Positions 8,381 to 19,959 of a stretch of 41,478 nucleotides of DNA are shown here, one piece after another. Position 1 is the first letter of the stretch. Each line of letters begins with the position of its first letter. This DNA is from Saprolegnia diclina VS20 (Eukaryota), in contig NW_008246188.1 of the NCBI RefSeq assembly GCF_000281045.1, forward strand, positions 37,082-78,559. The letters run 5' to 3'. A model generated the notes under the pieces. The model searched no databases and was not told where the DNA came from. It saw only the letters and a program-made list of their open reading frames with translations. The translations under genes were made by a program, and so were the position numbers.

Positions 8381-11300
8381 TGGCTGGCATCGTGCCGACA
8401 TACAGTAAGCCGCCGGGACCGTTGACATGCGATCTCGGCTGCTTCGTGATGACAGAGTGCGCGCGAGGACATGGCTAGAACATCGCACAGTCGCACCAAC
8501 GCGTTCAATTGTCAACAAAGCAATCGCTCATTGCCTTTGGCACAGAGGACTGCATTGGCGTGAGGACAAGCGACCTACGTAGTCACGGTGGGATGTCAAG
8601 CATACATGTAGTTCCGCCCACATGCGCGCTGATGTAGCTGGGCCACCACGTCGACGACAACGGTGCCGTGTTGGTGTTCTTTGCAGTGATGACCTTGATT
8701 GCTGGCGATGACTGCTATCGCATCCGAAACTACACCGGTTGATGCGGGAGGGCGCGCAGCAAAGTGCCAAAGTTGTCTATTAGAAAGAAGGGATACTGTC
8801 CAGCCATTTGCTTGAGATGACGACTAATGCGGGGACCAATGGTACCGATAAAGCTACTTCAGCGAGTGGATCGTCTCAGTGACGCACAAGATCGACAGGT
8901 GGATCATTTAGCTCCTCAAACGCAAACCACTTTGCAAGCTGACCAGCTCGCCACAACCTTGGTAACGTAGGCTCGAGCCTCTAGTAGGTTTAAGGCTCAT
9001 TCGACCTCAGCAGCATCATGGGTCAGACATATTCAGCGTTGGGCATCCAGCAACCTCGACGAAAGGCGACGCACGCAGCGCAAAACTGTTGGTTCTCGTG
9101 TGCGTGTGTGGTTCACAAGCTGGGGGACGCGCCATGCCTCGTACCAACGGTGGTTTGAGGTTGCGTGTTTGGTTCGTTCAATATAATCTCCTCTTTTTGT
9201 TTAGCGAGTGAGGCCGCTCTTAGTTGTGCGTACCTATTTTCCAGTGGTTTCAACGGTCCACAAGGCGCTCCGCGTCGTCCAAGCCTAGGGTACATAGCAG
9301 ATGATCATTGCCTAGGTATAACACTATTTCAAGACGATGTGTGTGCCTCGATATTGGCGCCGACAATTTCGTGAGCAGAGCTCGGAGCGAGACGCGCCAC
9401 GATAGAATCATTTGTCGTCTTTTCAAAGACCTGTGCCTCAAAGAAGCGTCATTTGGGTACTAGAACCCTCTACTGCCGCGTGAGCCAGTTTGCCGTCACG
9501 TCTGATCACTGCGAATAGCTGCGCAGTCTCAGGCCGCGGGGCCTATGCTATTTCGTACCGAGCACGACGGCATGTCCCGGGCCTAGCCTGTCCGCAGCGA
9601 CGTTCGACGCGTTCGATGGCGGCTGTAAAACGCGCACGTCAAGCGTGAGTCCGACCAAGGACAATATCGTCGTGTCTACGACACCAGTCCGATGTGCTTA
9701 TGGATCACGTGACAAGTTTACCACCGCGCACGCCATGCCAACTATACCAATGGTAGGTTAAACGCCGCCTGTGACGCATCGTTCGTCAGCGAACAAGAGA
9801 TAGACAAGTTGTGGTGGTGTGTCTCAAATGATCTGTCGCCAGCGTGCGATTCTTGACAACCACCGCACGAACGACGCACGCAAGGCTACGACGGCAAAGC
9901 AAGCTACGATGCAAAACCAAATGGATTACCGGATGAAAAGTTATTATCTCGAGCCGTGCCGGTGACCAGATCTGCAACAGGCGTGGGTCAGCAGCCTTTA
10001 TATCCGCAGCAACGTAGACTCGTCGGTCGTGAACGACAGCAATGCAAAATGCGATGACTGAGCGTATCGCAAAGCTTAACTGTCCAACACATTCCGTGCT
10101 ATAGTGGAGCAACATGAGGGATTGCAACTCGTTCATGTAGACTGGGAACATTCGAACTTGCTTACTTTTCGACAACCGCACATACAGTAGATTGTTGTTG
10201 AAATGAGTTTTTACATGCAATTATAGAGGTATGGTGGACTTCTTACTGCGCTCGTGAAGCGCGGAGCGTTCGTGGTCGTGATGCGGGATTGTGCGAGGGA
10301 CATGATCGCGGGTACACCAAAGGTCGTCTCGAAGAGCGTTGAGCGACTCGTCAAGCTTACACTAGACTGTTGTCCTCTAATGCGCAAATCTCGAGACGTG
10401 CGACCCTCGCTAACTTTGTAACCTCGCTGCGAATTCATCGCGGACTTGGATCGTCTTGGATCTGCTCGTTGATGCATTCAAGGTTGCATTTCAGCGACAC
10501 TACCTGGTCTGTAGTTTTATCTGTGCATCGTTGTTGCTGGCGTACAATGGACATTGCTCTACCAAATAATTATAGCCCCACCATTGACTCTTGTCCTCAC
10601 CAACACCAAATTTCAACCAACAAGAAAAGAGCTGCACCACATCAACCGTGTTTTCGCCACGAGCTGCGAATTATCCCAGCGTATTATTCTCCACGGGACA
10701 TATTGTCTGCATCCAAGTTTAATAGCTACAACGTCTTTCATCACTATTGGGCCCTCCCGTTCGAGTGCTCGGTGACTGGCCACACGCAATGTTGCCACGT
10801 CATTTTGTAAGAGTGTAGGTCACGAAGGCAAACGGCGCGGGATAAACGTGCGCGCGCTGTTGGTGTATACGTAGCAGTGCTTGCAGCAGCGCGCGGAAAT
10901 GTCGATGGGCAGGTTCCTATCGCGTTGACGTAGAAGCTGTCGGAGGCAACTTCAAGCTTGCATACAATATGACGACAGGCAGTCTTGGGTTCGTGACTGG
11001 ATAAGGCGCCGCGTTGGGTGCTGCAAGTGCAAAAGAAGCCCGTCGGCGTCGAGCGATTGCTGCATCGAACCCATCACGTGTCTCTTCTGCCGCCCCTCTG
11101 GCAGACCTTCAAGAGGCCGCTTCAAGGCATGCATCGGGTCGACGGGTGTATACAGCACACTGCTCGTCGCATCTCAATTGCGCTACAAGGCGCTCGCATG
11201 CGATACACGCGCCGTGGAGACGAGCGGACGCAATGGAGATGAGCGATACCGAGATGATCTGCACGATGCGTTGGAGATTGCCTCGCTCCACGAGCGTGGG

Positions 11301-12635
11301 ATGCTGTAGACCCGTTCAGTACTGGATTTAGAGTGGGAACATGCGCACCACATGCTGACGTCGAAAGATACTCGGGCGATCGGAAGCCGCGGGCCGTCCC
11401 ATCGAGTCGTCCCACCATCAACGAGCGCTGCCACTCTACTCCCAACATGCGCGTCGTCCTGCTCAGAAGCTATCGACGAGTTCGTATCCTCAGGACCAGA
11501 TTCAGGCATGGCGCGACGATGCCGCGATCTGATGACGCGGATGGCCATCGAAAGCGCTTCGGACAAGAGAACGAATCGTCCTGCGTGCCCTCAAGCTGTC
11601 GCGAGGCACTTGGTTGTCGAAGCTCTTGGGATAAGAATCGATAAGATCACACTTCTTTGTGGGTCGGGAACACGCATGCGAGAGGATTCGGCGTCGCTCG
11701 TGAGCTTGTCCGTGATGCCGAGGACTCATAAATGCGCACCACGCGACGGAGAAAACTGGATGCTTCGCCCTTTGACGCGCGCTGTCGTCGATAGAAACTA
11801 GGCTACGCTTGCCACGTAAACGTGTGGTGAGAAGGAGCACGCTTCAACAGCAGCACAACTTTATCCTTGCGCTTCCTGACTACCCCGCAAATAGCAGGTC
11901 AAACATTGGGTCAAACCCTGGGTAAATGGGTCATTTTCCAGCCAGTCGCGTCATTTGGCCAGTTGCCAGATGTTTTATGTGTACGTCGTCCGTTTCTGAG
12001 TGGGCGCTGCGATAACATGTCAGGCCTTGACGACGACGCCTTTGCCTACTCTAGAGCCCACGTACTTTACTGTGTTGCCACCACAAGCTGTCGACCTGGG
12101 CGAGTGAAGACTCACTATCGAATGCCGGTGCTCGCCGTGTCCGAGCCGACCACAAGAGGTACTTACATCACAAACAGCGCCAGTCGCAGATGAACGAGTG
12201 TTTTCATTGCACCCTCATGCATTTAAATAAAATCAGAAATGATAACCCTGGTCGCCTGATTCTACTGCTGAGGGGCGGTCTTGCTGGCGTCGCGACGCGT
12301 ACCTCGCAGCAAAGCTGGCCGACGCGCGAGCGGTCATTCACGAGTTACCTTCCATTTTAGAACACAGCGCATCCCGTCGACTGTGGCCGAAGAAGGGTCT
12401 TTCGATCCCAGAGGTTGTGTCGCAGGCCGGGTGGCCAACTATCCCACACTAGCACTTAACAGCTGTTTGGATACCTTCAAGAGCTTCGCTGCGCTATGAC
12501 TTGTAATCACGACGGCTGCGATATGTGCGCTTGCCGGCGACGCGGGCTAGCCAGTGAGTTTCGTGGACCCATCTGGTACACGGCGTGCCAGTTGTACTTC
12601 AATCTCTCGCCGTTTTTGGTTCATCGCCAACAACC

Positions 12636-12651
12636 TCACTTTTCAATTTGC
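12636..12651 (+). promoter_or_regulatory. Oomycete INR+FPR core promoter of AAAP paralog 3
   Basis: TCACTTTTCAATTTGC, a near-consensus match, 56 nt before ATG 12707. Confidence 0.7.
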
Positions 12652-12706
12652 CATCGGCGACGCACACCTCCTCCTCTCCCAGTACTTGACGACGACTCCG
12701 CGCCCC

Positions 12707-14128
12707 ATGACATTCCTCACCTCTGAAGATATGAAGATGTGCTTCTCGCTCTTCTGCTGCGTCTGCGGCGTCGGCTCGTTGGGTCTCGCCGGCAACTACG
12801 CCCGCGCCGGGTACTTTGCCGCGTCCATCGGCTTCATCTACATGGCGTCCGCCAACACGTTTGCCACGTGGTGCATCTCCAAGGTGCTTCTTGCCGCGCC
12901 GACGTCGGTGTTTACGTACGGCGACCTCGGCGAGTGGTGCCTCGGCAAGCCCGGCCGATGGATCTCGACGTTCGCGCACAGCATTCTCTGCACGATGCTT
13001 CCCATTGTCTACCTCGTCCTCGGCGGCACGATGCTCGTCGTTCTTTTTCCGAGCTCGTTTGGCCAAGCCACGTGGATTGTCTTGATGGCGGTCACGCTGC
13101 TCCCGGTGTGCCTCGTCCCGACGATGAAGGAAGGCGCGGGCATGGCGCTCGCGGGCTCGCTCGGTACGATCCTCGCCGACGGTATTGCGTGCTACCTCGT
13201 CATCACCAACATGCACGACACCAACCCGACGGGCATCTCGCCGCCGACGCCCGAGATCACGTTCGAGTCGGTCACGACGGTGTTTGGCAACCTCGGTCTC
13301 GCGTACGGCTGCTGCATCATTGTGCCGTCGCTCCAGCGTGAGCACACGGAGCCGCACCGCATGCCGCGTGTGATCCTCGTCGCCCAGGCCATCATTTCGG
13401 TCTTCTTCCTCCTCGTGTCGCTCCTCGGTGTCTTCTCGACGGGCTGCCAGACGCCCGGTAACCTCCTCTTCTCGATCTCGGGCACGACGCTCGGCTTTAC
13501 GGCGGACCGCGGCCTCGTCATCCTCGCCTTCATGTTCATGCAGCTCCACGTGACGATTGCCTTCTCGGTCATCTTCTTCCCCGTCTTCCAGATCCTCGAG
13601 CGCCTCGTCCTTGGCCTGCACAAGGAAGAAGTGCTTGCGATCGAAGCCGACATTGAAACGCCGGCCATTGACGGTGTTGCCCCCGGCCACTACCTCGACT
13701 CGAAGGGCGAGATGAAGGCGATGCACCTCGTGGACCCGACGGCTGCGTACAAGGCGCCGGGCGCGTACCTCAAGGTGTGCATCCTCCGCATCGTCATGAT
13801 TGCCTTCTGCTGCGTCGTCGCCGTCATTTGGAAGGATCACCTTGGTGCGCTCATGGACTTTGTCGGCGCGTCGACCTCGACTATCGTCAACCAAATTCTG
13901 CCGCTCACGTTCTACCTCAAGACGTTCTGGCCGACCGTGTCGCTCCCGACCAAGGTCATCTCGATGATCATCATGGTCATCTCGGCCTGCCTCGGCGTGT
14001 ACGTCTCGATCAACACGGGCAAGGAGCTCTTCGCGCCGGCTACCGTCGACCCCAAGATCCTCTTCCCGCTCTGCCCGGCCAAGTTCCAGGAAGTCGTCTT
14101 CACCAACACGACCTTCTACAAGTACTAG
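12707..14128 (+). CDS. AAAP amino-acid permease, paralog 3, intronless, 473 aa
   Basis: MTFLTSEDMKMCFSLFCCVCGVGSLGLAGNY...; same motifs and the same ...VVFTNTTFYKY end as paralog 2. Confidence 0.92.
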   Translation: MTFLTSEDMKMCFSLFCCVCGVGSLGLAGNYARAGYFAASIGFIYMASANTFATWCISKVLLAAPTSVFTYGDLGEWCLGKPGRWISTFAHSILCTMLPIVYLVLGGTMLVVLFPSSFGQATWIVLMAVTLLPVCLVPTMKEGAGMALAGSLGTILADGIACYLVITNMHDTNPTGISPPTPEITFESVTTVFGNLGLAYGCCIIVPSLQREHTEPHRMPRVILVAQAIISVFFLLVSLLGVFSTGCQTPGNLLFSISGTTLGFTADRGLVILAFMFMQLHVTIAFSVIFFPVFQILERLVLGLHKEEVLAIEADIETPAIDGVAPGHYLDSKGEMKAMHLVDPTAAYKAPGAYLKVCILRIVMIAFCCVVAVIWKDHLGALMDFVGASTSTIVNQILPLTFYLKTFWPTVSLPTKVISMIIMVISACLGVYVSINTGKELFAPATVDPKILFPLCPAKFQEVVFTNTTFYKY

Positions 14129-15503
14129 GCGCGCTATGGCGACCCTCCTCCTGTGTCACTAGTTTTAGTTAGTCTACGTAACCTCACAAACAAATCCATC
14201 ATTTTTAAAGAAAAACACTGCACATGTACGGTCTTGACGTGCGCACTCTTGGGACGACGCAGGTGCGTGCCCCGATCAAATGGATGGCGGAGCACGTACG
14301 CCACTCGAGTGAGAGATCCAGCGCCGCTGTACCACAAAGCGTCGAGCTCGATTGGGCAGGATGTAGTCATGGTGTCCACCTGACGAAACCATTACGCCTA
14401 GAGCATTACGTTTCGGCTCCATTTTCATCGGCGTAATGCCCCTCGTCCATTCAAAGACAGGACGTCGTGACCACAGAAGTGGGGCCATGTGCTGGCAGCT
14501 TCCCAGAGGTTCGCACTGGAATGACTATACGTCTGCCCATCAAACAGCTGCTGCACTGGAATTCTACGGCTTTTCAGCCAATAAACAGGCGGCACGAACC
14601 GAGGCCAGGAGCTGCCACGTCATCACGCCGTGCTCAGTCCTGCGCAGCCGTCGTGTTCGAGCGAAACTTGTATAGTACGAGCACTTGACAGTATGTAGCT
14701 TACGATTATCTGACGTCATGGATCGCTCGTGTCGCGAGGTTCGCGCTTGTCCTGGGTGTGGGCATATCGCAGATCCCGGAATTCGATTTCTTGTTCTCAG
14801 TCCTTCCAGGACAAGGTTTTCCACAGTCTTTTACGCTACAGTACACATCCTCACTCAGTCCTCCTGGTCAAGGAGGTTTCCTTGACACCGCGCTGCCACG
14901 ATGCTCGACGCCCCTCTGTGACAAGCCTTCTTGGTCCATGGACTCGTAGCCTAGGCTAGTTTACCGGAAATAGTGTAGGACTCGACGCGATCCGCTTGAA
15001 TTAATGCGAAATCAGACCTTTGGATCATGTCTTCAAGAATTTAATCCACTACACCAGCAACGAGGTACAGAATGGAGTAGCCATCGGAGCTGGCCAAGGA
15101 TATATATCCTGGGCGGTGTATTACCTCGAGTCAAGACTTGCCTTTTAGAGGGGAAACATGAATGCTGGGTGGTTTGGCATGGGTGTCAACACAAAAATGG
15201 CCACCCGATCAAGATCCCAACGATGTCATTACAGCTTAATTTACAGGATATTCTTACGTGCAAATGGAACTGTGCACCGCCGCAGAGTTATAAAGCCAAG
15301 TCTATGCATTTGAATCACAGGCCAAGGCCACGAGTTGACCTTTCCCCACTCAAACACGCTGTAAGTGATGGTCAATTCAGAATGTAGGTGGCTCCTGCAT
15401 CCAACCAAACGTTCCGCGGACGTTCTTTCGTTGGTCCACCGCGTGATATGCATCAGACAGACTGCTTCCGACTGCAACGTCGAGCCAGAATCCGTCTCGC
15501 ACC

Positions 15504-18500
15504 ATGGCGACCACAACTGCCAAGTACGCCACCTTTGGCACGCCACCGGCGACGCACCCGGCCGCGTCGGCCAACGCCTTTTCGCGCGCCTACTTTGGCT
15601 GGGCGCTGCCGCTCATTCGCACGCCGCGCCAGCTCAACCTTGACGACGTGTGGCACCTTGCGCCCGAGACGACGTGCGCAACCAACTCGGCGCCGCTCGC
15701 GGCGGCCTACGCCGAGTCATCGTCGGTCGTCAAAGCCTTTTTGCGGGCCTACGGCGGGTCGTACTTTCTTATGGCACTCCTCGACTTGCTCCTCCGCCTT
15801 CTCGAGCTCGTCGGGCCCATCGTGCTCAACAAGGTCGTCGGCGCTGTCGACGCGCCGTCAACATTGTACCACTGGGTCGGTCTTCTCTGTCTCTCGATGA
15901 CGTCGCATGCCTTTTTGCTCGCGCACTGCGCCGTCCTCGAAGAAACCACGTTGGTGCGGTACGTTCTTTGAGATTGCACTTTTGAGATTGCACTTTTGAG
16001 ATTGTTTATGTAGGTTTACATCAGGTCTAAAAGGCCTCTTGTTCCAGAAGCTCCAGCGACGCAGCCTCGTCGCCAACGACAACGTACCCGAGCTCGCCAA
16101 CATTTACACAGCCGACCTCGGCACGATCGAGTGGGGTCTCCTCTCGCTTCTCGGCGTATGGATCCTCCCGTGCCAGATTGTGAGCATTGTCTACCTCCTC
16201 TACCAAGAGATTGGCCTCGCCGTCTTTGCCGGCATCGCCGTCATTGTCGTGTCCATGCTCGTCGGCGGGTACATCTCGACAGTGGTCGGCACCGCCTACG
16301 ACAACGTCAGCACGGCCCGCGACGTGCGCATGAAGGCTGTCAAGGAGACCTTTGGCTCAGTTCTTATTGTCAAGCTCCAGGCGTGGGAGCGCCAGGTTGC
16401 GGAGAAGCTCGCCATCCTTCGCGGCACCGGTACGCTTACTACTACCTCCTTCGCCTATTCCAATGCTTGTCTAGAGCTACTCTATGTGTGGCAACTCGTG
16501 CGCACCGAGGCGTTTGGCATCTTTTGCATGTACGCCGCGCCGCTCGCCGTCTCGGTGGCCTCGTTTGTCTGCTACACGCTCGTGCTGGGACACACGCTGA
16601 CGCCGGCCAAGGTCTTTACGTCCATTGCCCTCTTCCGCATGCTGCAAGAGCCAATGAACCAAACGCCGGACAACGTCACGGGGATCATCGAAGCGTGGAC
16701 CGCGATTCGCCGCATCGGCGAGTTTCTCAGCCAGCCCGACAAGCCGTTGCCGCCGCCCGTGTTGTCCACGGCTCCGGAGGTATGTACAGCTTGGCTTCTT
16801 CCTGTGGACTGAATCACATGCCACGTAGATGGTGCTGGCCATGGAAGGCATTGATGCGTCGTGGGACAATGCGACCGTCCATCTCGCCAAGCTCCACGTG
16901 AGCATTCGCCGCGGGGACTTGGTCGTCGTGCACGGCAAGGTCGGCAGTGGCAAGTCGTCACTCTGCATGGCGCTTCTCGGCGAGATGCATGCTCTCTCGG
17001 GGCGCATGGCTGTCAACGGTCGCATTGGCTACTGCCCGCAAGAACCGTGGATCCAGCACATGAGTCTTCGCGACAACATCCTCTTTGGCCGCCCGCTGGA
17101 CGCCTCTCGGTACGCAGCCGTCGTCGATGCGTGTGGCCTTGTTGCCGACTTCGAGCAAATGAAATTTGGCGACGGCACGCTCGCAAGCTCCAAGGGCGCC
17201 AACCTCAGCGGTGGCCAGAAGGCGCGTCTCGGGCTTGCTCGTGCGGTCTACAGCGACGCGGACATTCTTCTTTTGGACGCACCCTTGGCCGCCATCGACG
17301 CCGTCGTTCAGAAAGAGATCTTTGTACGTCCTCTCGATGCTTTGCTACTACGAGGTGCTAACTATGTGGACCTAGACCAAGTGTATTCTGTCGCTTCTCG
17401 CAACCAAGACGGTCGTTCTTGTGACGCACAACCGCGACATCATCGACTCGGTGCACGTCCACCAAGTGATCGAGATGGACAACGGTGGTATCGTCGCGCA
17501 CGTGCAGCGCAAGCCGCCGGCGCCGCCCGCGACGATCCAGCACGCGTCGGTCGAGGTGGCGGTGGCCGCCAACGACCGCTGGGACGCGTACTTTAACGAC
17601 GCGATCGATGACGACGACGACAAGGCCGAATCCCAAGAAGACGAACACCGCGAAGAAGGCCAGGTCGCGGGTGACGTGTTTCGCCGCTTTCTGGCCGCGT
17701 GCGGCGGCGGCCCGACGATCGCGGTCGTCGTTGCCTGTCAGCTGCTCTGGCAAGCCTTCCAGGTCGCGAGCGACTTTTGGCTCAGCCACTGGACGTCGAC
17801 CGTCGTAGCCACGGAGAAGGACGATGCATCGTACTACCTTGGTATCTACGGCGGTCTCTGTTTGGCGAGCGTTCTCATGGTGCTCTTCCGCACGATCACG
17901 GTCGCGAGAGCGGGTCTCCGCGCCTCGAAACACCTCTTTGAGACCATGACGACGTCGCTTTTGGCGGCGCCGATGCGATTCTTTGACGCAACACCGAGCG
18001 GCCGCATCATCAACCGGTACGGCGACGATGTGGCGACCATCGACACGCGACTGCCGGTCAACTTTGGCTCCTTCTCGGCGGTCGCAGCGGTACTCATTGC
18101 GTCATTGGCCACCTCCATCTTTGTGGTACCTCGTAGAACGTAGTGTTTGCAGGCGATCTGAAATCGGATGTAGGTGCAATGGGCCGGCCTTTGCTTCATC
18201 CCGATCTTTGTGCTCTACTTCAAGCTCACTGCGATGTACCTGCGGCCGTCCCGCGACCTTGCTCGGCTCGCCAAGATCACGTCGTCGCCCGTGCTGAGCT
18301 TCCTCGATGAGATCGAACACGGTACAGTCCATGCGTCGACAACCACGGCTCACGTTGGCGGGTTAGGGTTCGTGTCGGTCCGCGCCTTTGGTGCCGCGTA
18401 CTTGGCCAAGCAAGTCGACCGCCACGCCCATCACGTTGATATGAATGCACGCGTCGGGCTCGCCAAGGTTATCGTCGATCAGTGGTTTGAGCTCATGGTG

Positions 18501-19508
18501 CAGCTTGCTGGCACGGGCGTCGTCATGATCGTCGTCCTCAGCCTTGTCTATTTGCGGCCGTACCTCTCGGCCGGTATCGTCGGTCTTGCGTTCAACTACA
18601 TTCTCGTGGCCAACGCGTACCTGGCCGACCTCGTCCAGAGCTGGTCGCGCCTCGAGCTCAGCATGGTCGCTCCCGAACGCGTGCTCGAATTTTGCGGGTT
18701 GACGTCCGAAGCCGACGCGCCCTCGTCATCGCTTGTTGTCAGCGATGACTGGCACCTCGCGCGCGGTGCCATTTCGTTCAAGCACGTCAGCTTCCGGTAC
18801 AAGCCAACGACCGACTTGGTGCTTCGCGACCTCTCGTTGGAGATTGTGGCCGGCGAGAAGATTGGCATTGTCGGCCGCACGGGCGCCGGCAAGTCAAGTC
18901 TGACCATGGCGCTCTTCCGACTATACCCGCTCGTGTCGGGCGCCATTTGCATCGACGGCCGCGACATTGCATCTCTCTCGCTGCCCGCACTGCGCCGCCA
19001 GATCTCGATCATTCCGCAAAACCCCGTCCTTTTCAAAGGCTCGCTGCGCGCGTACTTGGATCCATTCGAGGCAGAAACCGATGCTGCCTTGTACGACGCA
19101 CTGCGCAAAGTGCAGCTGCCCGTCGCGTCGCTCGACGACGAAGCCGGTGCCAACTGGAGCGTCGGCGAGCGCCAAATGCTGTGCTTGGCGCGGGCCCTCC
19201 TCGCGCAAGCACGTGTCGTTGTCCTCGACGAAGCGACGGCCGCGATCGACCACGCGACGGACCTGCACCTCCAGGAGGTCATTGCAAGTGCCTTCAAGGA
19301 CGCGACGGTCCTCACGATCGCCCACCGGCTGCACACCGTCGTCCACTCGGACCGCGTGCTCGTGCTCGAAGCGGGCGAGGCCGTCGCGTTTGGCGCCCCC
19401 AAGGCGCTCGTCCAGGACGCTGGCAGTGTATTCTACAACCTCGCAAAGGACGGTGGCGTCCTCGACCTTTTACTCGAGCAGCCCTCGGATAATCCATCAA
19501 TGTGTTGA
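15504..19508 (+). CDS. ABCC/MRP-type full ABC transporter (TMD-NBD-TMD-NBD), about 1236 aa, 7 exons
   Basis: Exons 15504-15958, 16014-16429, 16475-16779, 16829-17323, 17376-18125, 18174-18321, 18367-19508 (3711 nt, in frame). NBD1 GKVGSGKSS/LSGGQ; TMD2 FFDATPSGRIINR; NBD2 GRTGAGKSS/WSVGERQ/LDEATA/TIAHRL. Confidence 0.92.
15967..16004 (+). repeat. 14-bp tandem repeat in ABCC intron 1
   Basis: TTTGAGATTGCACT x2.7. Confidence 0.9.
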
Positions 19509-19646
19509 ATGGAATAGTGATATATTCATGTATCGAGTTAATTCTTTACTCTACTCGGGCTGGATCAAACGGTGGTGGACGAGCTTCGGGATCGTAGCGG
19601 CGTCTCCTTCCCGACGTGTCGACGGCACTAGCTCGTGCACACGCAG

Positions 19647-19700
19647 ACAGGAAGAACCAAATACATTGTCTCCTGAGACAATGTATTTGGTTCTTCCTGT
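19647..19700. repeat. Perfect 26-bp inverted repeat with 2-nt spacer
   Basis: ACAGGAAGAACCAAATACATTGTCTC-CT-GAGACAATGTATTTGGTTCTTCCTGT. Confidence 0.97.
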
Positions 19701-19959
19701 GAGCAACCATCACCATACAAGGTGTTGCAGTGACCAAGTTGCCGACCTCGGTCCGCTAGTACATTTCCAGCTGCCCGCATGTGCAGTGGGGCGCAGCGGC
19801 CGCGGCAGCTCGGTCCCTCCACGAGACGAGCTGCAACTCGTCGACGAAACACACACGTGCCCACGTGGCAGCGTCTGCGTGCAGCTGGTCGGCCACATCG
19901 TCTTCGGAATCCGGATATACCGTACGTTCCGGATGCGCATCCTTGGCACATCATCGAGG

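Noticed and set aside
10554..10775. IAPPLTLVLTNTKFQ resembling an RT connection subdomain
   Set aside because: A single short block without flanking motifs in order; too weak to call.
14796..14873. Imperfect 20-bp repeat CTCAGTCCT(T)CC.GG.CAAGG
   Set aside because: Only two degenerate copies; not a CRISPR array or a definable element.
18967..19959. Long ORF apparently linking the ABCC and TPC genes
   Set aside because: An alternative frame over the ABCC exon and intergenic DNA; TPC similarity begins only near 19960.
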